A DNA stretch of 64,000 nt. Source: Gracilinanus agilis. Taxonomy: Eukaryota. The stretch covers positions 645,055,297 through 645,119,296 of the forward strand of contig NC_058132.1 in the NCBI RefSeq assembly GCF_016433145.1. The letters run 5' to 3'. The notes beneath the pieces were generated by a model. That model ran no database searches, had not been told where the DNA came from, and was given only the letters and a program-made list of their open reading frames with translations. Position numbers and translations under genes: made by a program. Shown here in pieces: positions 23,657 through 34,751 of this stretch (position 1 is the stretch's first letter; each line of letters begins with the position of its first letter).

Positions 23657-24074
23657 TGTGCATATGGACCTTGATTATAACTAATATCTATTTGCATGCT
23701 GGTCTTGGCTGCCTGTCCATTACAGGTCTCTGTCCATTACAGGAATCTATTTTGTCAACCTTCAGCCCACTGTGATAGTCAACAACCTCCGCAGATAACT
23801 CTGCCCTACTTTGTTTTTCCCTGACTCAGCCCTTTTGAGTAACTTTACCCTTAACCCACTCATGATGACCCGGCAAGGGCTGTCCCATCTTGATTTCAAG
23901 TCTTACCCGTAGAGAACTGTGCTTTCTCTGGGATGCAAAAATACAAACATCAGGGGGAGGGGTTTTCTTGCTTCTTTCTGACTGTTATTCATTAAATATC
24001 TTTCTTAAATATATCCTCTGGCTGACTAGTAAACATGTTAATAGGGGCTCATGATCTCTGATGTTGAATTAACA
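23657..24074 (+). mobile_element. LTR-like element (possible solo LTR)
   Basis: TG...CA ends, internal 13-bp direct repeat tgtccattacagg, ATTTGCAT and TGACTCA motifs, ATTAAA near the 3' end. No TSD found. Confidence 0.35.
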
Positions 24075-24220
24075 TCACTACTAAAATGATCTTTTTTCAA
24101 CAAAGATTCCAAAACACCATTTTCCCTCCTCAAGGAGCTTCTGCTCTAGTTTTAAATATCTACCCCTCATATGGGAATTTAAATCACTTCATCATCCAGT
24201 CCTGGTCTATTGTTTTAGAC

Positions 24221-24414
24221 CAGGGGTTCCCAAACTTTTTTGGCTTACCACCCCCTTTCCAGAAAAAAATATTACTTAGCCCCCTGGAAATTAATTTTTT
24301 TTTAATTTTAATAGCAATTAATAGGAAAGATAAATGCACCTGTGGCCATCACTGCCTCCCTGGATGGTTGCAGCACCCACCAGGGGGTGGTGGTGCCCAC
24401 TCTTGGAATCACTG
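24221..24414 (+). mobile_element. hAT MITE, family B (194 bp)
   Basis: TIR-like ends caggggttcccaaa / ttggaatcactg. Perfect 8-bp TSD ttttagac (24213-24220 / 24415-24422). Confidence 0.9.
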
Positions 24415-26029
24415 TTTTAGACTTATCATGTAGTAGTCCCTCTCCTGGATCTTGTGTTCCTCCCTGGCATCCCTGCTGGTCTCTGTGCATGAGATTCCAT
24501 CCTCTGTCTTTTTATGCAGATATTCTCACATTACAATGCTATCTTTCCCAGCATGCCTCAATCCTTTTAAGGCTCACTTCAAATGTGGCCTTCTGCATGA
24601 AACCTTTTCCTATATCCTCAGCTGGTAATGGCTCCTCCCAATAGTACTTTCTATGAATCAGGTTTCAATTGTATATTTATTTATCTCTGTCCAGTGCCAG
24701 CTCCTTAAGGGTAGGGGCTGCTCTTCATTTTGTCTTGGCATATCCATGGCTCCATAGTGCCTAGAATCAGAGCTAAGCATAGAAAAAGGATTAAATTTCC
24801 ACTTGCAGAATTGAACTGAATGCATTGTTATAGAACTGGATGATATCGTGCATTCACAGGGATGTTTTTTGCTAATTTGTTATTGTTGTTTTGCTTTGAG
24901 ATTAAGCTGAAGATAGATGCTCCCAAGAAGAGAACCTCTTCCACCAGTACATTTGAGGATCTGTTTTCTGGCTCGTAGTCTTATATCATTATCTGATGTG
25001 CTGAGAGATGAGGTGCCCAGGGTCACATAGATGTTATGTGTCAGAAGGGAGACTTGAATCCAAATTATCTTGATCTTGAAGCCAGCCTTCTGGTCTGGAC
25101 CACAACAACTGAGTTTTAGGAGTGTTTGGAAGTAAGAGAATGAAGGTGGCCTTACCCTATCTGACTTGAAGGGAGACTGTGCAACTGGTATCAGCAAAAT
25201 TGTCTGATAAGGGGGGACAAGGAATATTGAAATTGCCTGGAAGAAGCAAAAATAGAGCCAAGCAATATTTTTGCTTTGCAGGTACTAAAATATGAAATCC
25301 AATAGATGATTCCTAAAATGCTTGTGAGTTTCTCGTTTTGTTGGTTTATTTGTTTTGAAAAACAGGTAACAGAACAGCAAAAAGCCATATCATAGTATTC
25401 ACAAGAAGGCATCTCAGTGGTTAGCTAATCTGGGGCCCACTATTTTCCAGGGGCAAAAATTAGGGTTTAGAGAAAGGAAACAACTCAACAATGGTCATTA
25501 AATAGCAGGTGCAAGAATTCAAGCAGAGTTCCCCCATCTCAAGGCCTCATGGTTTGGGGGTTTCTTTTCTCCACTGCCTCCTCTTTCATGGTTCTAGAAC
25601 ATTACTCCCAAAGCAGAGACAAATTCAAATTTGAGCTGACTCAAAAAGTTGAGTATCAATAAATCACATGGAAAAGGCTCAAAGTAAATACATAGATTTA
25701 TTTTGTCATTGATGAAAACATTTGAATTTTCATCCTATAAAGCCATCCTCTGCCCCACTGATCCAAGTCTACCTCTTTCATTGTTCTCTAAGTGTTATAC
25801 AATCCAAGGCTAGGCTGCATTGTTTCTGATTCTGGTAGACATGCTACAGATCAAAGAAACCTAACATATTTTTCCTCCTTGATTGTTCTTGTCCAATTCC
25901 TTTGGTCCCAGTGACATTCCGAAAATACCAGCAATGGACTGTCACCAGGAAAAAAAACAGGAAAACAAAGGCCAAGGCTTCACTGCCTTCCATTTTAACC
26001 CCAAAGTGGATTAATTGGGCTAGACTTTT

Positions 26030-26711
26030 TAAAAAAAATTAAAGTAATTAATTTAGAATATTTTTCCATGGTGACATGATTCATATTCTTTCCCTCCCCC
26101 TTCCCGTAGCCAATGAGCAATTCCACTGGGTTTTACATGTATCATTGATCAGGGCCTATTTCCATATTATTGATATTTGCACTAGGGGGATCATTTAGAA
26201 TCTACATCCCCAATCATATTTCCATTGAACTATGTGTTCAAGCAATTGTTTTTCTTCTGTGTTTCTGCTCCCACAGTTCTTCTTCTAAATGTGGATACAT
26301 TCTTTCTCATAAGTCCCTCAGGATTGTCCTGGGTCATTGCATTTTGCTAGTAGAGAAGTTCATTATATTAGATTGTGCTACAAAGTATCCATCTCTGTGC
26401 ACAGTGTTCTGGTTCTGCTCCTTTCACTCTGCATCAGTTCCTGGAGGTCTTTCCAGTTCACGTGGAATTCCTCCAGGACATTATTCCTTTCAGCACAATA
26501 GTATTCCATCACCAACAGATACCACAATTTGTTCAGCCATTTCCCAATTGACGGGCATTCCCTCATTTTCCAATTTTTTGCCACTACAAAGAGCATGGCT
26601 ATAAATATTTTTGTACAAGTATTTTTCATTATTATCTCTTTAGTGTACCAACCCAGCAGTGATATGGCTGGATTAAAGGGCAAGCAGTCATTTAAAGCCC
26701 TTTGAGCATAA
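26030..26711 (-). mobile_element. 5'-truncated L1 with 18-bp TSD
   Basis: ORF2 C-terminal peptide (KIFIAMLFVVAKNWK...LNKLWY). TSD taattgg(g/a)ctagactttt at 26012-26029 / 26712-26729. Confidence 0.88.
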
Positions 26712-26993
26712 TAATTGGACTAGACTTTTGACAAATTCAGTCAGAGTCAAAATTTACTGGGTGTAGAATGCAACAAGACCACAGTTCATTTTGGACAGAT
26801 TTCTGAAAGAGCTTGAGGACTAGGAAATATGAAATTAGCCCTGGAAACATTGCTGACAATCCACAGCAGCCTGTGGTTTTCCAGGGCTGGCTTCCCAGAA
26901 GTCACTGTGTTGGAGCCAAACCAAATTCCCTAAAACCTAGAACTGATTTGTGCTGATTAAGAGGGCCATGGTTTCTATAAAAGACAAAATAAA

Positions 26994-27195
26994 GGGAGTA
27001 GCTAGGTGGCTCAAAGGATGGAGAGCCAGTCCTAGTGATAGGAAGTCCTGGGTTCAAATCTGTCCACAGACACATCTTTGCTATGTGATCCTAGGAAAAT
27101 TACTTAATCCCTCTTGCTTATCCCCCATCACCCTTCTGCTTTGAAACTAACACACAATATTGATTCTAAGACAGAAAGTAAGAATTTTTAAATAG
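26994..27195 (+). mobile_element. Older SINE1_Mdo-like copy
   Basis: Head/core/tail similarity. Confidence 0.7.
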
Positions 27196-27724
27196 TACAA
27201 AACAAAATCAATGAAAAAAGTAGGGCACTTAGTTTCTCAGAACATTAAAGAAAGAAAAAATGTTTCTTCACCCTTTAGAGAAGGAGATAGAAGTGGGAAC
27301 TCTCTAATTATTCTAGAAAATCTTTCACTTCCTATGACCAATCTCAATCTCTATGATTTTATTGATACATAAATACTTAATTGAAAACCAATTATAATGA
27401 GACCCTGTGTGTGTTTTTCTTAGCTGGCCCTAAAACTTGGTGAAGGTGTGCATATGTTTCATAATAGTTATAAGATTAAAAAAATAATAATCCGGTTAAG
27501 GTAACTTATAATAATAGGCCCATTAGTACAACAAGGAATAAATTGTTAGCATTAATAGCAAAAAGAGAAGTTTGACTTCTTAATAAGGTTTTGCTTATAT
27601 TTTATATCCTGTGAAATGGGCAGAAATATTTTTTTTGTTTGAATATTTGTTTTTTCAAATGAGAAAAAATGAAACATAAAGACATTGATTCACTGAAAGA
27701 CAAACAGCTAATTATTTTTTTAAA

Positions 27725-28128
27725 TCCTTCTCTTCTTTCAGAGAACCAATACTAAGTATTAGTTCCAAGGCAAACGAGTGATATGGGCTAGGCTATGAGG
27801 GTTAAGTGACTTGCTCAGGGTCACACAGCAAGGAAGTATATGAGGTTAGATTTGAACCTGAGACCTCACATTTCTAGGCCTGACTATCGATTCACTGAGC
27901 ATCCTAGCTGTCCCCAACCAACCAATTATTTTTTTTTTTAACTTTACCTTCAATATTAAAATTAATACTATGTATTGGTTACAAGACAGAAGAGAGGTAA
28001 GGGCTAAGCAATGATAGTTAAGTGACTTGCCTAAAGTCATACAGCTAAGAAGTGTCTGAGGTCAGATTTGAACCCAGGAACTTCCATCTCTAGGCTTGGT
28101 TCTCAATACATTAAGCCACCTAGATGTC
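27725..28128 (-). mobile_element. Two tandem SINE1_Mdo-like copies (~27725-27915, ~27935-28128)
   Basis: Two consecutive antisense head-core-tail units. Confidence 0.8.
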
Positions 28129-28588
28129 CTAATCCAACTATTAACTAAGATCTTATTTGACTCCTTTTCTGATGATGTGTAGCTGCCCAACTTAAAAAAC
28201 AGAGATATTCATGGTCATGTTTGGGGAGGTCATTTCCAATTGATGATCCCCCAATTGGAGTTAAAGAGAGGTAGGCAAAACCTCACAGAAATATAATCTT
28301 TGACTGAAGGTATGAAGGTCTCGCTAGTCTAGCAGATCAAACTTTTCAAAGGAAAACTGGCATTGAATGGCTATAAAACAATACCAACAACAACAACTTG
28401 TTGGGGTAGACTAAGTATTGCTGTATAAACACTCTTCCACTATCCATAAACATGTCCATCTCCTCCAACCTAAAAACAGACAAGTAAACAAAAAACTTTT
28501 TACTTGTTCATACCATCTCCTTAAGCTATTACCATATATGCCACTCACTCTCTTTTACAATCAAAGTCCTAGAAAGGATGTTTTAGAA

Positions 28589-28780
28589 CAGTGATTCCCA
28601 AAGTGGGTACCACCGCCCCCTGGTGGGTGCTGCAGTGATTCAGGGAAGCGGTGATGGCCACACTTTTTTTGTATTACATTCTATTCTAAGTTCAATAAAT
28701 AGTTTCATGATTTTCAGGGGGTGCTAAGTAATATTTTTTCTGGAAAGGGGGTGGTAGGCCAAAAAGTTTGGGAACCACTG
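28589..28780 (-). mobile_element. hAT MITE, family B (192 bp), inverted relative to the 24221 copy
   Basis: Reverse complement aligns with 24221-24414. TSD ttttaga(a/g), 7/8 match. Confidence 0.88.
28612..28629 (-). promoter_or_regulatory. Candidate CTCF motif inside hAT MITE
   Basis: Minus strand reads cacCCACCAGGGGGCGgt, matching the canonical CCACCAGGGGGCG core. Binding not shown. Confidence 0.5.
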
Positions 28781-29830
28781 TTTTAGAGGAAGTAGACTTA
28801 GTGTTCCATCTTGTTCCTTCTTCTCAACATTGCACTTAGGGAACAAAACTACTGGCCTACTTGGACACTGTAGGTCCCCCAAAGCATAGATTTGTTCATC
28901 AGGCTCCAAGATATATTTCCATTTGAGGAGAATCTTGAGAAATAAGGGAAAACTTCAAGTAAGGAATCTTTGGGGATACTCTCTATCTGTAGTAAAGAAA
29001 GAATCACGACAGTGGCAGAGAATAGCTTCAACAGAAAACTGACATTCAGTTCCCTTTATCAAAATCCCTTAAAGACTTTGCATTTATTCAAGGACATCTG
29101 TGAATCCTAGGTCTTGGGAATGTCCCGTGGGTTGAGATAAGACTGTCCTGTAGAGAATGACCATACTGTAGGCCAAATGACTGTGCAGGCTTGGCAGAAC
29201 ACTTTGCCCTTGTTTTGAACACCTAAACATCAACTATGTGAAAGATTTTTTGGGGAAACTACTATATTGATCCAGATGGAACAATATTATAATGGAAAAT
29301 GAATTTTGAGGTCAAACCCAGTCACTGTGAGTCTTTGGAATTCTGAGTTATGTCACATAAGTTAAGCACTTTGTGAACTTTCTGGCACCAAATAAAATAT
29401 CAGCAACTGTTACTTATAGGATATAAGCAAGGATCTCTGAGGATGAGAACATGTGAGTGGGTTGGATCTGCTTCTTTAGAGTGAGTGCCCAGATGCTCAT
29501 TAAGGTACCCAAACTCCCACTGCATTGTCAAGGTGTGTGAAAAACCCTCTTACCAGGCAGAATTCTTCTTTTTATGGAACATCTTGTGATTTTCTAAGTT
29601 TAAGGAGTTCTTTGATTAGAGTGTCCATTTGTGGTTCCAAGTGCAGTAGTGGCCCCCAGTGAGACTTCAGCAAAGCCAAAAGATCAGGAAAAGGAGTGAA
29701 CCATTGACATGCAAAAGGAGAAATCCTTCAGTTTCAAAATGAATATTCCACACCTTAGAAAAAGCCTGATTCTGTAATGGCTTCAATGGACACAAGGATG
29801 TCAGCAAATACAATAATCTTGTCTCTAGGG

Positions 29831-30047
29831 CAGTGATGGGCAAACTTTTTAAAGAAGGGCCAAAGGAAAGGAAATGCTCATCTGTCAGTCTGTTTCTATG
29901 GCAACTCTTTTGAAATTTCATCGTGTTGTATTCTATTCATTGTAGTTGTCAGATTAGGAATAATGCCACATGGCAGGATAGAAACCTTTCAGGCCCCCAC
30001 GCACACCCCCCGCATCTGGCCCACAGGCAGTAGTTTGCCCATCACTG
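29831..30047 (+). mobile_element. hAT MITE, family A (217 bp, uninterrupted)
   Basis: Same TIRs as the 18254 copy. TSD (c/g)tctaggg, 7/8 match. Confidence 0.88.
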
Positions 30048-30149
30048 GTCTAGGGCATCAGCTGTATTTCTATCTTTATTCACAGACACTTAACTCCATA
30101 AGATCAAAAAGGAACTCTTCTCTGGCTAATTCAGAATAGATCACCATAA

Positions 30150-30790
30150 TCCAAATGTAATGGGTTTTTATTTATATAAGGATATTTTATTTTCCCAATT
30201 TCATTCAATAAACATTTTCAACATTGTTTTCCAAAATTATCTGATCCAAATTGTCTTCCTCCTTCCCTCACTCCCCCTCCTCGAGACTGTAAGTAATTTC
30301 ATCTGGATTTTACAAGTATTATCATACAAAGTATATTTCTCTATTGATTATAATTGAAAAAGAATATTCATATAAAACCAAAGCCCCAAAATAAAACTAT
30401 AAATAAACTAATGTGGAAGATAGTCTGCAATTGAGCATCAGAAAATATTGTTAATGGGCAAAACGTTCTTCCAGTTCTACTTATTTTGCTCTGTATCAGT
30501 TCATGTAGATCTTTCCATCTTTTTCTGGAATCATCCTGCTCATCATTTCTTATAGCATAATAGTATTCCATCACCAACACATACCACTATATGTTCAGCC
30601 ATTCCCCAACTGATGGACATCTCCTTCCTCAATTTCCAATTCCTTGCCACTACAAAAAGATCTGCTAGAAATATGTTTGTGTGTGTGTGTGTATTTTTTT
30701 TGTCTGTCCTTTCCCCTTTTTTATGATCCCTTTGGGATACAGATCCAATAGTGAAATGTAATTGGCTTTTGATGCATGTTTAAACCACAT
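30150..30790 (-). mobile_element. L1 3' end fragment
   Basis: ORF2 C-terminal remnant (YYYAIRNDEQDD..WKDLHELIQSKISRT) plus marsupial-type 3'UTR. Confidence 0.8.
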
Positions 30791-31847
30791 GAAATGGTGG
30801 TATGCTTGAGGTCCCTGCTTCTGGGAAACAGGAAACCTGCAACAAGTGTGGACATTCTGAATTGGCTTAGCACCTAGATGAGAGGACTTTTGTACCATTG
30901 GCTGCATAGAGAGGTCCAGTTCAGCCCAACTGTATATGTACCAGTGAATGAAAAGCCTGTGGGGTGCAGCCTAGCCACAGTTAAACCTGGTATAGAACCC
31001 ACTCAACAAACAAGTGACCTCTTTGACTCAGCTCATTGGAAGATGGATCCATACAGCTAAGATGCAGTGACCTACAAGAAGCAAATGCTCCTGAGCTGTC
31101 CAGCTGTCCATAGAGCAGATAATCTGTACTCTGCAGAGTCAGGCCAGCAAAATAGGACACTGAGACTTCCATCTCCAGCATCATAGCCTGTAGCAGACTC
31201 CAAGAGGATCCTCCGGACAAATAAAGGATAGTAAGGCCTTGACGTTCTGGAGTTTCGAATTGACTTGGCTACATGTGTTGCCTGCCCTACTACTGTGTAT
31301 TATAGCTGTGTCCATTCTCTACCTCTTAGTACCTCCTCCTGACCCTGCACCTATTTGATATAATGTGATTCCATGAGTTGAGGGAAAGATTTTTTTAACT
31401 ACTTTTCTTGCCATGACATTTGAATGAAGGTCATTTGACTTTGCTCAAAGTACTGGATGATGGTTTAGGAAAGGATGCTGGTAGAGCTCATGACCTATAT
31501 GTCAAAATGATAGTAATTCATAAGGACACTGTTAGAAGCTTAAGAATAATAACCACTATAATAGCCCTTATGGAACTTCAAACTGCCAATGCCATATAGA
31601 ATTGGGGGAGTGAACCCAGAAAGAGTGTCACATTAAACCTAATAGAATTATAGAACAACTTAGGGAACCAACAAATGCTAGTGTATGATTTATGACTAAG
31701 AAGTTTGCACTGTGAGATGTCAAAAAAAGTCCTTTTATTGCCTTTGGAGTTGGAAGAACCAATGACTTAGTAGATTAATAAAAGAGAGCACATTCCTCCT
31801 CCCATCTCCAATTTTGTACATCTCATATGTAGCATTGGTGCATCCAC

Positions 31848-31872
<25 letters not shown>

Positions 31873-31880
<8 letters not shown>

Positions 31881-32749
31881 GTATATGTAATTACATATAC
31901 ATATATATGCATATATATTATACAGTGCCTCATTAATATGAGATTTTTGAAAAAATAATTCCCCTGGGAAAATGAAGAATCAATCAAACTCATTAGAAAA
32001 TATATATTTTTATTAAAAAATCATTTTTATTGAGAAAATACCTTAGATGATTTGTCCTTTTCAACAATCACCATTATCCTCTGACACACTCATTCTTACA
32101 AAAAAGAGGCTTTAAAAATCACAAGGAAAGACAGTTGTAAAATTCCCATGAAAGACTGCTCCTCTTTTCACATGTAATACAACAGCATCAGCCTTCCCCT
32201 CATGACCACATACAAGAGGACAAAAGATACAGAAAAGCCTTATTCCCTTGTATCTTATACTTCAAACACTTCTTGGAACTCTGAACTGACTGAAATTCAG
32301 GATTGGATTTNATATATATGTATATGTAATTACATATACATATATATGCATATATATTATACAGTGCCTCATTAATATGAGATTTTTGAAAAAATAATTC
32401 CCCTGGGAAAATGAAGAATCAATCAAACTCATTAGAAAATATATATTTTTATTAAAAAATCATTTTTATTGAGAAAATACCTTAGATGATTTGTCCTTTT
32501 CAACAATCACCATTATCCTCTGACACACTCATTCTTACAAAAAAGAGGCTTTAAAAATCACAAGGAAAGACAGTTGTAAAATTCCCATGAAAGACTGCTC
32601 CTCTTTTCACATGTAATACAACAGCATCAGCCTTCCCCTCATGACCACATACAAGAGGACAAAAGATACAGAAAAGCCTTATTCCCTTGTATCTTATACT
32701 TCAAACACTTCTTGGAACTCTGAACTGACTGAAATTCAGGATTGGATTT
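31873..32749. other. Exact 438-bp tandem duplication separated by a single N (probable contig-overlap artefact)
   Basis: 31873-32310 reads identical to 32312-32749; N at 32311. Confidence 0.9.
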
Positions 32750-34117
32750 ACTTTTTATTTCTAATTTTACAACAGCATCTATCAAGTAGTTATCTGGAGA
32801 CAGTAAGGCAGAGGAGAAAGAACATGTCTGGAAAGAACCCACCTAGCATTCTGGGTTCTATTCCTAGCTCTGCCACACAATGACCATGTGACTTGGGTCA
32901 AGTCAGATCAACTTTTGAAATCAAAGCATCCTCAGCTACTAAATGTAGTATGGAACTAGACCTTGATATTTAAGGTCCATCTCAACTCACAAGCTTATGG
33001 CTCTTCCTAAATGTACCATGAGAGTGCTCATCCTATGTCCAAAAATTACATGAATGGTGAAACATAATGGAAAATGTCATGAAATGTTCATATTGTTTGT
33101 TTTGTTTTGTTTTGTTTTGTTTTTTGCCACAGCTTCCACCATACTGGCTGCCATTTGCCCATGATTACTCCTGAGGAAACTCATCATAATTACAACATAG
33201 ATACAGATACAATTAAATTCACAATATCCAATTACAAAGATTTTGCGCACTTACAAAAAATGTATTTTAACAAAGACACCATCCTTTTCTCAGGAGACTT
33301 ATACATCTCTTGAAAACAGAAGCATCCAAATTTATATCTGCTCAAATCAGAGACTTCCAGTTGAAAAAGCCATCCATGTAGCCATACCTCCTGAGGAAAA
33401 ATGGGCAGGGTTAGTGGAACTAACTTGGTTGGCTAAACTTTGTGTTTTGGGCATGCTGCTTCTGCCAAGTCCTTGGTCATCTCAATCTCAGAGACAGCTG
33501 CAGAGTAATAAAACAAATCTCTTGCTGTTATTCATAAAGCTGATGGCATCCATGGACTTCTCCTCTTATACAGCCTCCCATTTAGGATGCTGAAGGGAAT
33601 GCGTTTCATCTTCACTCTCCCACCCATGGCAGGTTCATGCAGCTGCCCTGTTTTTCCCATTTTCTCTGCAAGTGGACAGCTGTTGACATTGATTTGGGAG
33701 ACTGATTTATCTTTTTTCATAGTTTCTGTATGATTCATAGAACTGAAGTTCCAAAAGGAACTAGGAGAAAGAAAGAAAGAAGGCAGCCCATCCGTCGCCA
33801 AGATCCTAATCTCGCTCCTTCTCTTTTATTCTTTAAAAAGACCTCCTGTTTAATGTCACTAAATCACCATCTGTAATGCCAACAGACAAATTACAAACAC
33901 AGATCTAAGTTAAGAGCAACTTGATCTTAAAAGGAAAGTGGATTTTTTTTTTAATGAAAAAGGGAGTGAGCATCTAAGAAAAGGAGAAAATAAAATGGAT
34001 GGAAGTAAAGATAACAATGATCACCCAAGGCTCTCGGGTCAAGCTTTCAGAGGCTCTTACCATTCCTTTGAGTTGAACACTTAAATGGAATGATAATTTT
34101 ACTCAACGGAATGGTGA

Positions 34118-34123
34118 TTTATT
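34118..34123 (-). terminator. Proximal AATAAA downstream of the CLDN16 stop (further candidates at 33825-33830 and ~32753-32758)
   Basis: tttatt on + strand, 65 nt past the stop codon. Usage unknown. Confidence 0.3.
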
Positions 34124-34188
34124 GAGCTCACCACACTGACTTATATTTGAGTGGTGTGTGGGTGCAGTCTCAGAGAGGGAAAGAGAAT

Positions 34189-34322
34189 TCACACTCTTGT
34201 GTCCACAGCATACATTTTGGCAGTCTCTGTTCGAGTGGGGACATATGACTTAGCCATTGACATCCCAGCATGGGAGTAGGCCTTCCTTATGGAATAAGCA
34301 TAGCTCCTCTCTGGTCCCAAAT
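34189..34322 (-). CDS. CLDN16: Claudin-16 terminal exon 5 ([44 protein letters not shown])
   Basis: Poly-T + aatag acceptor, TGA at 34191-34189. C-terminal PDZ-binding TRV is as in human CLDN16. Confidence 0.97.
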
Positions 34323-34646
34323 CTATTAAAAAAAAAGATAGAAAAATCAATAATGCATTAGAAAGATGAGGGAAGGAGAAAATGAGATGAATTGCTCTGA
34401 TTTTCTACTTTAAAATGTGGCAAATTAAAAGAGGAAAAAAGTTGTAATTTTTTCCCTGGCATCAGGTCACCATATCAAGGATGTATTATCTTGTGGCCTG
34501 ATACTCATGTGTCACTTAGGTCATAATAAACCTTACACAGTTGTTGGATATGAAAGGATTTGCTTCTGATCACGAAGCTAATAAATATTAAGAGTGGAGT
34601 TGGAACCTACGTCTTCCTTCCTTGCCCAAAACACAAAGTTTATATA

Positions 34647-34751
34647 TACTTATATTCCAATATGATGGCAAAATTATTTATGTTATTTAATCTCTGGGAT
34701 TTACATAAGGTATGACATAAATAATTTTGCCATCATATTGGAATATAAGTA
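34647..34751. repeat. Perfect 37-bp inverted repeat with 31-nt spacer in CLDN16 intron 4
   Basis: tacttatattccaatatgatggcaaaattatttatgt (34647-34683) is the reverse complement of 34715-34751. Confidence 0.95.

Noticed and set aside
30830-31250. GC-richer intergenic stretch considered as a processed pseudogene or ERV internal fragment
   Set aside because: No recognisable peptide in any frame, no poly(A)/TSD; cannot be supported without a database search.
31873-32749. 438-bp duplication as a biological tandem repeat or array
   Set aside because: 100% identity around a single N is the hallmark of an unmerged contig overlap; kept only as an assembly caveat.
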